Positions 29,947-38,490 of a stretch of DNA of 40,685 nucleotides are shown here, piece after piece (the stretch's first letter is position 1; every line of letters starts with the position of its first letter). A program made the translations under genes and the position numbers. Under the pieces are notes generated by a model. The model saw nothing but the letters and a program-made list of their open reading frames with translations. It had not been told where the DNA came from and made no database searches. This DNA comes from an uncultured Bacillota bacterium. GTDB lineage: Bacteria > Bacillota_I > Bacilli_A > RF39 > UBA660. The DNA lies in NCBI GenBank assembly GCA_937926935.1, contig CALBBI010000070.1:1-40685 (forward strand), written 5' to 3'.

Positions 29947-31539
29947 ATGGAAGAATATAATAATGAAATTGTTAAGGAAAATCTAAATCAAAATAAGAAG
30001 AAATCTAATAAACTTACGATTATCTTAAGTTTTTTAATCGTCTTAGTTCTAGCTGGAGCGGGTATTTATTTCTTTATCCTAAAAAAAGATACTACTCCAA
30101 GTACACCAGGTACAAGCGAGGTCAAAAAAGAAAACAAATATAGTCAATATCAACTAAAAGGCAACACTTTAGAAGACTTTGACTTATACTTCATGCAATT
30201 AGAAAATAATAATAAAAATATGATATATAGTCCTTTATCTATTAAATATGCTCTTGAACTTCTTAACGAAGGAGCAGAAGGGGATACCAAAGAGCAAATT
30301 ACTAATATTCTTGGTAGCTATACCAATAAAAAATATCAAAATAATCAAAATATGTCTTTTGCTAATGCCTTATTTATTCGTAACAACTTTAAAGATAACA
30401 TCAATCAAACTTACATCGATACATTAAATAATACTTATAACGCCCAAGTAGTTTATGACGACTTCAAAACACCTAAGAACATTAATAACTGGGTTAGTAA
30501 TAAAACTTATAATCTAATCAATAACTTATATGATAATATAAGTGACCAAGACTTTATCTTAGCCAATGCTCTAGGTATCGATATGGAGTGGGTCAAGAAA
30601 ATTCAAGCTGATAATTATGAAGATAGGTATGCGGTATCTTTTGACCATGAAGATTTCAACATGTTTGTTGGATCCCTAGACGATATGGATTACACTGAAC
30701 TTAAATTTGAAAATTTAGATTATAAAGCTAAAGCTACTAAATTTGGCGCTGTCATTAATAAATATGATATCGTAAGTGAACTAGGGGAGGATAATATCCG
30801 TAAAACCGTTAATCAAGCCTACCAAAAATGGCTTACAAGTGACGAATATTGTGGCGACGATTTTGATAATAGCTTTGATATGGAAAAATATATTGCTGAA
30901 CTAAAAGATAACTATGAACATATCAGTAGTTCAACTGACTTTGAATTCTATACTGACGACGATACCAAAGTATTTGCTAAAGACCTTAAAACTTATAATG
31001 GTACGACCTTACAATATATTGGTATTATGCCTACAACCAAGACTCTAAGTGACTACATTAAAAATACTAACGCTGAAAAACTTAATACCCTAATAAATAA
31101 CCTTAAATCAATTAAACTAGCTAACTTCAAAGATGGGGTTATTACAAGAATTACAGGCTATGTTCCTATGTTTAAATTCGATTACAAGTTAAACCTCGTT
31201 AAAGATCTAAATACTCTAGGTATTACTGATGTTTTTGATAAAGAAAAAGCTAATCTTTCTAAATTATCTTCTGCTGATGCTTACATTAATGACGCCAGAC
31301 ATCAAGCTAACATTGAATTCTCTAACGAAGGTATTAAAGCTGCTGCTGCTACATCCATGGGTGGTGCTGGTTCAGTCGGCTGCTGGTTCGATTACCGCTT
31401 TGATGTTCCTGTTGAAGAAATTGACTTAACCTTCGATAAACCTTATATGTTTATTATCCGTGATAAAAATAGTGGGGAAGTCTGGTTTATGGGTAGTGTC
31501 TATGAACCAACTAAGTTTACTCCTAACCTAGGTGAGTAG
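29947..31539 (+). CDS. Serpin family protease inhibitor with an N-terminal membrane anchor
   Basis: TM segment LTIILSFLIVLVLAGAGIYFFIL. Serpin N-terminal helix motif YSPLSIKYALELLNEGAEGDTKEQI. Hinge/RCL NEGIKAAAATS starts at nt 31324. C-terminal FDKPYMFIIRDKNSGEVWFMGSVYEP. Confidence 0.88.
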   Translation: MEEYNNEIVKENLNQNKKKSNKLTIILSFLIVLVLAGAGIYFFILKKDTTPSTPGTSEVKKENKYSQYQLKGNTLEDFDLYFMQLENNNKNMIYSPLSIKYALELLNEGAEGDTKEQITNILGSYTNKKYQNNQNMSFANALFIRNNFKDNINQTYIDTLNNTYNAQVVYDDFKTPKNINNWVSNKTYNLINNLYDNISDQDFILANALGIDMEWVKKIQADNYEDRYAVSFDHEDFNMFVGSLDDMDYTELKFENLDYKAKATKFGAVINKYDIVSELGEDNIRKTVNQAYQKWLTSDEYCGDDFDNSFDMEKYIAELKDNYEHISSSTDFEFYTDDDTKVFAKDLKTYNGTTLQYIGIMPTTKTLSDYIKNTNAEKLNTLINNLKSIKLANFKDGVITRITGYVPMFKFDYKLNLVKDLNTLGITDVFDKEKANLSKLSSADAYINDARHQANIEFSNEGIKAAAATSMGGAGSVGCWFDYRFDVPVEEIDLTFDKPYMFIIRDKNSGEVWFMGSVYEPTKFTPNLGE

Positions 31540-31548
31540 GGCCTCAGT

Positions 31549-31578
31549 TTGACAAAAAACACTATAGTATGATAGAAT
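31549..31578 (+). promoter_or_regulatory. Sigma-A promoter for lspA-rluD
   Basis: TTGACA (31549-31554), 18-nt spacer, TGaTAGAAT (TAGAAT at 31573-31578). Confidence 0.6.
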
Positions 31579-31623
31579 ACTTTTGCAAAATTAAAGTATT
31601 TTTCTATTAGAAAGAAGAAATTT

Positions 31624-32097
31624 ATGAATTATTATATTTTAGTAATAAGTATCTTTAGTGTCTTAATTGACCAAGTAAGTAAAGGCTTAATAAATAGTTA
31701 TCTAGGACATCCTGGTTTTCTTAGATTAACTCCTCATTTAAGTCTAGAGACAACTTACAATGATGGTGCCGCTTGGAACATCCTAAGTGGTAATCAAATC
31801 TTCCTTATTGCTATAAGTCTAATTATTTTAGTCATTGTCTACAGCATGATGTACCAGTTTAAAAAAACAAAAGTTACCAACTTTGCTTTTGGTATCTTAA
31901 TTGGGGGAATATTTGGTAACCTAATTGATCGCATCTTCCAAGGAACTGTTACTGACTTCATAAGAATAGACTTACCATTTTATAATTTTCCTATCTTTAA
32001 TATCGCTGATATCTGTATTGTCATTGGCGTATTTATCTTAATAATAGAAAGCATTAGAAAGGATATCAAAAATGATAGTCGAAGTAGAAAACATTAG
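31624..32097 (+). CDS. lspA: Lipoprotein signal peptidase (signal peptidase II)
   Basis: 157 aa with 4 TM segments. YNDGAAWN and FNIADICIVIG contain the two catalytic Asp blocks. Confidence 0.93.
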   Translation: MNYYILVISIFSVLIDQVSKGLINSYLGHPGFLRLTPHLSLETTYNDGAAWNILSGNQIFLIAISLIILVIVYSMMYQFKKTKVTNFAFGILIGGIFGNLIDRIFQGTVTDFIRIDLPFYNFPIFNIADICIVIGVFILIIESIRKDIKNDSRSRKH

Positions 32098-32962
32098 AAT
32101 TGATAAATACTTAAGCGAGAATACCAAGTACTCAAGAACTACCATCAACCATATGTTAGACGAAGATTATATCTTAGTTAATGATAAACATGTTAAACCA
32201 AGTTATCTTCTAAAAAAGGGTGATGTTATATCAATAAAAAAAGGATATATCAAAGAAGTATCAGTCGAACCTGAAAAAATGCCCTTAGATATTGTCTATG
32301 AAGATAACGATATCATGGTTATAAATAAACCAAGTGGTCTAGTGGTTCACCCAGGTTCTGGAAATTATTCTCATACATTAGTTAACGCTCTTATGTATTA
32401 TACTAATAATTTATCCCATAATAATGGTGAGATTAGACCTGGTATTGTTCATCGTATCGATAAAGACACATCTGGCCTTATCTTAATTGCTAAAACCAAT
32501 GAGTCCCATGAAATACTAGCCGAAGAATTTAAAAAACATACCATTAAAAGAGAGTACCTAGCCTTGCTTACCGGCGTATTTCCCCGTAACTCTGCTACTA
32601 TAGATGCTCCCATAGGCAGAGATACTACTGATAGAAAAAAGATGTGCGTTACGGCAACTAACTCTAAAAAAGCAATTACTAATCTAACCGTCTTAAAAAG
32701 ATATCACGACTATACTTTAGTAAAACTAAAACTGGAAACTGGTCGTACCCATCAAATTAGAGTTCACATGAAATACATTGGTTACCCAATCTATAACGAT
32801 CCTGTATATACCAATAAAAAAGCCACTAAATTTGGCCAATTCTTACATTCTTACACCATGAGCTTTAAACATCCAATAACTAAAAAAGATATGTACTTTG
32901 AAGCCCCTCTACCTGAAGAATTTCAAAAGTTCTTAGATAAACTAGACCAAGAAAATCTTTAA
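32072..32962 (+). CDS. rluD: RluA-family 23S rRNA pseudouridine synthase (RluD/YlyB-like)
   Basis: S4 domain at the N-terminus (RIDKYLSE...VNDKHVKPSYLLKKGDVISI). Catalytic HRIDKDTSGLI. GRTHQIRVH. Overlaps lspA by 26 nt, matching the lspA-ylyB pairing in Bacillus. Confidence 0.93.
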   Translation: MIVEVENIRIDKYLSENTKYSRTTINHMLDEDYILVNDKHVKPSYLLKKGDVISIKKGYIKEVSVEPEKMPLDIVYEDNDIMVINKPSGLVVHPGSGNYSHTLVNALMYYTNNLSHNNGEIRPGIVHRIDKDTSGLILIAKTNESHEILAEEFKKHTIKREYLALLTGVFPRNSATIDAPIGRDTTDRKKMCVTATNSKKAITNLTVLKRYHDYTLVKLKLETGRTHQIRVHMKYIGYPIYNDPVYTNKKATKFGQFLHSYTMSFKHPITKKDMYFEAPLPEEFQKFLDKLDQENL

Positions 32963-33265
32963 AACCATAATTACAAAGTAATAACTAAATATCAAATATG
33001 GTATATTATAGATAATTAAACGTTTATCTAAATTATAAATCTCTCTAAATAATAAAGTATTATTAATACTTAGAAAAATAGAGAAGAGTAGAGCTAAAAC
33101 TTCATCATGAAAATACCCATAAAATATCAAAGTACTAAGAAGTAGTAACATATTAGTAATAACAAAGAAAACTAAATCATAATTCATCTTAGATTCTTTC
33201 AAAATAAATAATAACGAAATATTATATAGTCCAAATGATATAATTAAAAAAAGTAATGTCAACAT
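32942..33265 (-). CDS. Hypothetical small integral membrane protein (~107 aa)
   Basis: Four hydrophobic segments. The internal ATG (MLTLLFLIIS) lies behind AAAGGTG and is preferred over the track's 33331 start, which would overlap the divergent rhomboid gene. Its 3' end overlaps the rluD 3' end by 21 nt. Confidence 0.5.
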   Translation of the reverse strand: MLTLLFLIISFGLYNISLLFILKESKMNYDLVFFVITNMLLLLSTLIFYGYFHDEVLALLFSIFLSINNTLLFREIYNLDKRLIIYNIPYLIFSYYFVIMVLKIFLV

Positions 33266-33324
33266 ATTCCACGCACCTTTACTAATTATATGAACTATAT
33301 TAAAATAAAATGAGTGAGGTAAAA

Positions 33325-34449
33325 ATGACACAAGTAGTAATGGATAAAAAAGAAGAAATCGTAATGAAATTAACCCATTTTCTTATTACCAAAGAAAACT
33401 ATACTCCAATTGTAGTTAATGGTACTAAAAATGAAGTTTGGTTAGAAAACCAAGAAGGGCCTTATAAAATAATTAGAATAAACTCTAACTATATTCATAA
33501 TAACGAACAATATAAATTTGACTTATTTAAAATAAGAAATATTACGGCCCAAGTAAAGAAAAAAACTCTCTCTTTCAAAATGAATGTTTTAAACATTTTC
33601 CTAGATATAAATGATGATATTAAATTAGATGATGTTAAAAATATCCGTAGTATCTCTATTAAAAATAGTAAAGATTTATTAAAAAATGAAACTTTAAAAG
33701 AGACTTTTCCTAAAATAGATAGTGAACTATTACAAGAAAAGAACAATATCGACTTATTAATTAACGTAACTAATGATATAAATATGAAGTCAGCTCATGA
33801 TAATAAAGTCTATGAAGAAACCTTTAAACCAAAGAAAATCATTATAACTCCTATATTAATCGCGTTATGTTGTGTATGCTTCATTCTAGAATTAGTATTC
33901 CCCGGTCTTCTAAGTTGGGGCGCTAATAACCATGACTTAGTAGCAAGCGGTCAATATTATAGATTATTTACCAGTGCCTTCTTGCATGTTAATATTATTC
34001 ACTTACTATGTAACATGTACTCTTTATACATAATTGGTCGCGGGTTAGAGAATTTTTTAGGAAAATTTAAATATACTATAGTATACCTAGTAAGTTTAGT
34101 AGCATCATCATTAATGTCGATAGTATTTTCTAACTCTTTCTCCGTTGGTGCTAGCGGGGCTATCTTTGGCCTTTTAGGGGCCTTACTATACTTCGGTTAT
34201 AATTATCGCCTTTACTTAGGTTCCGTTATGAAATCTCAAATAATTCCTGTAATTATAATGAACTTACTACTAGGATTTACCTTAAGTGGTATCGATAATG
34301 CTGCTCATATCGGGGGCTTAATCGGTGGCTTCTTATGTTTAATGGCACTAGGAATAACTGGCAAAGAAAACAAAAGCGAAATGATAAACGGTGCCATAGT
34401 ACTAACACTATATCTAGTGTTTCTCGGATACATGGGCTTGTTCGCTTAA
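33325..34449 (+). CDS. Rhomboid family intramembrane serine protease (GluP/YqgP-like, with a cytoplasmic N-domain)
   Basis: Catalytic GASGAIFGLLGA (GxSG) and AAHIGGLIGGF (His), plus the HVNIIHLLCNM block. ATG at 33325 lies behind GTGAGGT. Confidence 0.88.
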   Translation: MTQVVMDKKEEIVMKLTHFLITKENYTPIVVNGTKNEVWLENQEGPYKIIRINSNYIHNNEQYKFDLFKIRNITAQVKKKTLSFKMNVLNIFLDINDDIKLDDVKNIRSISIKNSKDLLKNETLKETFPKIDSELLQEKNNIDLLINVTNDINMKSAHDNKVYEETFKPKKIIITPILIALCCVCFILELVFPGLLSWGANNHDLVASGQYYRLFTSAFLHVNIIHLLCNMYSLYIIGRGLENFLGKFKYTIVYLVSLVASSLMSIVFSNSFSVGASGAIFGLLGALLYFGYNYRLYLGSVMKSQIIPVIIMNLLLGFTLSGIDNAAHIGGLIGGFLCLMALGITGKENKSEMINGAIVLTLYLVFLGYMGLFA

Positions 34450-34482
34450 CTCAGTATCAACAAAATAAGCATTTTCAATGTT

Positions 34483-34513
34483 TGACTTACTCCAAAGTGG
34501 GTAAGTCATTTTT
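34483..34513 (+). terminator. Intrinsic terminator of the rhomboid gene
   Basis: TGACTTAC (34483-34490) / GTAAGTCA (34501-34508), 10-nt loop, TTTTT. Confidence 0.8.
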
Positions 34514-34537
34514 GTTATCCTTAAAGTGAGTGTTATG

Positions 34538-34546
34538 TGCTATAAT
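34538..34546 (+). promoter_or_regulatory. Extended -10 element (TGcTATAAT) upstream of recD2
   Basis: TGC + TATAAT (34541-34546), 18 nt upstream of the TTG start. There is no good -35 box. Confidence 0.5.
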
Positions 34547-34563
34547 GAGTTTGGTGATGTCTC

Positions 34564-36756
34564 TTGAACTATATCAAAGGAAAAATAAAACATTTAATAT
34601 TTGAATCTACCAGTGGTTATAAAGTAGGGTTAATAAGAGTTAAAGAAACTAATGACCCGGAAATGGAAGACTTTATCAATAAATCAGTAACTTTTACCGG
34701 TTATTTTGCTGACCTTACTATGGACGATGTCTATGTTCTAGAAGGTTCTTTAGTCTACACCGAAAAATATGGATATCAATATAAAGTTGAAAACTATCAT
34801 TACCAAGAAGTAGAAGGTAAAGATGCGGTAATCGAATTCTTAGCTAGTCCCTTAGTTAAAGGCTGTGGTGAAAAAACTGCTTGTGATATCGTTGAAACCC
34901 TAGGGGAAGATGCCCTTAAAAAAATCAAAGAAAGTTATACTAATTTGTTACTCGTACCTAAAATGACTGAGAAAAAAGCTTTGAAAATTTATGATTCCAT
35001 TATGAAATATCGTCAAACTGACGAAATGATTGTCGAACTAAAAAATCTAGGCTTTACCATTAACGAAGCCTTAAGTATTATCAATAAATATGGTGAAGAA
35101 ACTATATCTATAGTTAAATCTAATCCTTATTGCCTTAACGAACTAATTGATTTTAATAAATTAGATAAAGTCTATTTAAATATCGGTACTTTTGACGATG
35201 AAACCCGTATTAAAGCTTGTCTTATTGAAACCATTAAACGCCTAGAAATGGCCGATGGGGATACTTATTTCTCTTTAGAAGAAATCTTAGATGGCCTTAA
35301 AAGATTCTTTTCGCTCTTACCAGATACTTCCGTTACCGAAAAAGTAGTAGAGGAGCTGTCGGTTAATAACGATATCATTGTCGATAAAGATAAATACTAC
35401 CTTAAAACAACCTATGAAATGGAATACGACATTGCTAAAAATCTTTCCTTAATTAATAATATTCCCCCAGTAGAAATTAAAGAATTTGATACCGAGATTA
35501 TTAAACTTCAAGAAAGTATTGATGTAACTTATAACAAAGAACAGTTACTAGCTATTAAAAAGGCCTTAGAAAATCGCATTTCCATTATTACCGGTGGCCC
35601 AGGTACCGGAAAAACTACTATCATTAAAGCCATAACCAAGTTATATATTAAAATTCATAATCTAAGACCTGACGAAATCTCAAGCCAAATAGCACTTCTA
35701 GCTCCAACCGGTAGAGCTGCCAAAAAACTAGCCGAGTCTACAGGCCTTCCTGCCTCAACTATCCATCGTTATCTAAAATGGAACAAAGAAGCTAACGACT
35801 TCCAAATTAACGAACTTAATAAAAACTTCCACCGTCTAGTTATCGTAGATGAAACTTCGATGATTGATACCCATCTATTTGATGCTTTACTAAAAGGAAT
35901 ATGTACCAATATCCAACTAATCTTAGTAGGAGATGCTAGCCAACTACCTTCTGTGGGACCAGGTCTTATCTTATCTGACTTAATAAATAGTGATGTATTT
36001 ACTTTTACTCCTTTAGAAACAATCTATCGTCAAAGTAATAATAGTTATATTCCATACCTAGCTCAAGAAATAAAAAATAAAAATTTAAGTAACGACTATC
36101 TAACTAAGAAAGACGATTATAACTTCTTAAATGCCACTGGTTCTAATATAAGAGAACTAATTAAAATGATATGTGAACGTTCTATTAAAAAAGGCCTTAC
36201 TGATAAAGATATTCAAATTCTAGCCCCTATGTACAAGGGAGAAAATGGTATTGACCATTTAAATGAAATCTTAAGAGACTTATTTAATCCTCCTGATACT
36301 AAGAAAAAAGAAATAAAAGTAGGTGAAGTAACCTACCGAGTAGGTGATAAAGTCTTACAACTAACTAATGATCCTAATAACGGAGTATTCAATGGTGATA
36401 TTGGTTATATTAAAGATATTGTAACTATAACAGTTCCTAAAAAACAAGAGACAATCGTTATCGACTTCGACGGCAATAAAATAGATTATAAAAAAGAAGA
36501 TATGAACATGGTAAAACATGCTTATGCTATATCTATCCATAAATCTCAAGGTAGTGAGTTTCCCCATGTTATCATGCCGATAACTAAAAGTTATTATAAA
36601 ATGTTATATAATAAACTTATTTATACGGGAGTATCTCGAGCTAAGAAATCTCTAGTACTAATAGGGGAACCATATGCTTTAATAATGGCTGTTAATAATG
36701 ATTATTCTAATCAACGAAAAACAACTTTAAAAGAAAGACTTTTGAATAATATTTAA
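34564..36756 (+). CDS. recD2: SF1B ATP-dependent RecD-like DNA helicase (RecD2/YrrC)
   Basis: 730 aa with a TTG start behind GGTGAT. Walker A GGPGTGKTT, Walker B LVIVDETSM, GDASQLPSVGPG, and the C-terminal AISIHKSQGSEF ... YTGVSRAK. Confidence 0.92.
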   Translation: MNYIKGKIKHLIFESTSGYKVGLIRVKETNDPEMEDFINKSVTFTGYFADLTMDDVYVLEGSLVYTEKYGYQYKVENYHYQEVEGKDAVIEFLASPLVKGCGEKTACDIVETLGEDALKKIKESYTNLLLVPKMTEKKALKIYDSIMKYRQTDEMIVELKNLGFTINEALSIINKYGEETISIVKSNPYCLNELIDFNKLDKVYLNIGTFDDETRIKACLIETIKRLEMADGDTYFSLEEILDGLKRFFSLLPDTSVTEKVVEELSVNNDIIVDKDKYYLKTTYEMEYDIAKNLSLINNIPPVEIKEFDTEIIKLQESIDVTYNKEQLLAIKKALENRISIITGGPGTGKTTIIKAITKLYIKIHNLRPDEISSQIALLAPTGRAAKKLAESTGLPASTIHRYLKWNKEANDFQINELNKNFHRLVIVDETSMIDTHLFDALLKGICTNIQLILVGDASQLPSVGPGLILSDLINSDVFTFTPLETIYRQSNNSYIPYLAQEIKNKNLSNDYLTKKDDYNFLNATGSNIRELIKMICERSIKKGLTDKDIQILAPMYKGENGIDHLNEILRDLFNPPDTKKKEIKVGEVTYRVGDKVLQLTNDPNNGVFNGDIGYIKDIVTITVPKKQETIVIDFDGNKIDYKKEDMNMVKHAYAISIHKSQGSEFPHVIMPITKSYYKMLYNKLIYTGVSRAKKSLVLIGEPYALIMAVNNDYSNQRKTTLKERLLNNI

Positions 36757-36794
36757 AAATTAACTCATACTAATTTTAAAGGATGTGAGGTAAT

Positions 36795-36944
36795 TTGAAA
36801 AAGATGTTAATGTTGGCTTGTCTTTCCCTTGGAGCTTACACTACTTACTTAATGGTAAATGATAATGCTCAAAAGAAAGCTCAAAAAGTAATTGATGATA
36901 TGCTTGATGAAGCTGTTGATTTCTTAAATATGGACGCATACTAG
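36795..36944 (+). CDS. Small membrane-anchored protein (49 aa), not in the supplied ORF track
   Basis: TTG start 5 nt after GTGAGGTAA. Translation: (M)KKMLMLACLSLGAYTTYLMVNDNAQKKAQKVIDDMLDEAVDFLNMDAY. This is one hydrophobic helix followed by an amphipathic helix (YtxH-like in flavour). A terminator overlaps the stop. Confidence 0.5.
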   Translation: MKKMLMLACLSLGAYTTYLMVNDNAQKKAQKVIDDMLDEAVDFLNMDAY

Positions 36945-36962
36945 TTTGGTATGTGTTTTTTT
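36934..36962 (+). terminator. Intrinsic terminator
   Basis: ACGCATAC / GTATGTGT 8-bp stem (one G-U pair), 7-nt loop, TTTTTT. Confidence 0.75.
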
Positions 36963-37031
36963 AATGCTAATCTTAAATCTTTTGTTGTCATTGTTAAAAA
37001 ACTATGTTAAAGTTATGCTTGGGTGAACAAA

Positions 37032-38369
37032 ATGACGATACTTAAAAGAAAAACGGATAACTTTCTAACAGAGTGGAAGAACAATAAAGATAGACTTCCA
37101 TTAATTGTAAAAGGCGCTAAGCACGTTGGCAAGACAACTTCTATAAGAAATTTTGCCAAAAATAATTATAAAAACTTTATTGAAATAAATTTTGCCTTAC
37201 GTCCTGAATTTAAAAATATTTTTAACGATGGCTTTAATGTTGATAAAATACTAAGTAATATTTCTTTAATAGAGCCTAATTTTGTTTTTGAACCAGGAGA
37301 TGCTTTGATATTTTTTGACGAATTACAAGATTGTGTAAGCTGTGCTACTTCCTTGAAAGCATTTAACATCGATAAAAGATATGATGTTATATGTTCTGGC
37401 TCAATGATGGGTATAAATTATGGTGAAATAGAATCTAACAGCGTTGGCAACAAACAAGATTATGTCATGCACTCTATGGACTTTGAAGAATTTTTGTGGG
37501 CTAAAGGATATAAAGAGGAACAAATTGAAGATTTATATATTTGTATGAAAAAATGTGAACCACTATCAACGACTCAATATAGTGTCATGATGTCCAACTT
37601 TAAAGATTATATGGTAGTAGGTGGTATGCCAGCCATAGTAGCCAAGTTTATTGAAAATAAAAACTTTAGTGGTATACTTGCTATGCAAGAACAAATATTA
37701 AATGACTATGAAGAAGATATTATCAAATACGCCAGTGGACTAGATAAAGCCCGAATTTTAAATGCTTATCGTAAAGTTGCTGTGTTTTTAGAAAATGAAA
37801 ATAAAAAGTTCCAAATTTCTAAAATTGGTGAAAGTGCTAGAAATAGAGAATATAGAGGCATTGCTGATTGGCTACAAGATGCTGGAATTGTGAATGTTTC
37901 TTACTGCATGGAAGATTGTGCCTTGCCGTTAAAGGGTAACTATAACCCAGAAAACTACAGATTGTATTTTGCTGATACTGGCTTACTAATTGGCTCTCTA
38001 GACGAAGAGTCTCAAGACGATTTAAGAAAAAATCAAAACTTTAATACTTATAAAGGGGCGATATATGAAAATATAATTGCTGACATGTTAGTTAAAGAAG
38101 GATACGGTCTATATTTTTATAAGAATGAAAAAGGTACTATCGAAATGGATTTCTTTATAAGAGACAGAAATTCGCTTATTCCTGTTGAAGTAAAAGCTAA
38201 TGATAATCCGACCCTTTCCTTAAATAAACTAATTGATAGTAAACAATTTCCTGATATTAAATATGGCATTAAACTATGTAATAAAAATATTGGTTTTAAT
38301 GGTAAATTTTATACATTCCCATATTTCTTAACTTTCTTACTAAAAAGATATTTAAGAGAAACCAAATAA
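37032..38369 (+). CDS. AAA-family ATPase with a DUF4143-type C-terminal domain (AAA_14/DUF4143 architecture)
   Basis: Walker A GAKHVGKTT and Walker B LIFFDELQD. The C-terminal segment ...IEMDFFIRDRNSLIPVEVKAN... is typical of the PD-(D/E)xK-like DUF4143 end. ATG at 37032 lies behind GGGTGA. Confidence 0.8.
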   Translation: MTILKRKTDNFLTEWKNNKDRLPLIVKGAKHVGKTTSIRNFAKNNYKNFIEINFALRPEFKNIFNDGFNVDKILSNISLIEPNFVFEPGDALIFFDELQDCVSCATSLKAFNIDKRYDVICSGSMMGINYGEIESNSVGNKQDYVMHSMDFEEFLWAKGYKEEQIEDLYICMKKCEPLSTTQYSVMMSNFKDYMVVGGMPAIVAKFIENKNFSGILAMQEQILNDYEEDIIKYASGLDKARILNAYRKVAVFLENENKKFQISKIGESARNREYRGIADWLQDAGIVNVSYCMEDCALPLKGNYNPENYRLYFADTGLLIGSLDEESQDDLRKNQNFNTYKGAIYENIIADMLVKEGYGLYFYKNEKGTIEMDFFIRDRNSLIPVEVKANDNPTLSLNKLIDSKQFPDIKYGIKLCNKNIGFNGKFYTFPYFLTFLLKRYLRETK

Positions 38370-38382
38370 TCATAAATAATTG

Positions 38383-38410
38383 AAGAAAACCTTTAAACAG
38401 GTTTTCTTTT
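38383..38410 (+). terminator. Intrinsic terminator
   Basis: AGAAAACC / GGTTTTCT stem, 8-nt loop, T-run. Confidence 0.8.
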
Positions 38411-38490
38411 AAATTTCTTGAATAAATAACAAAAAAAGTTATCATAATGAATAAAATATGATAATATAAATATAGTTACGGAGTGATAAT

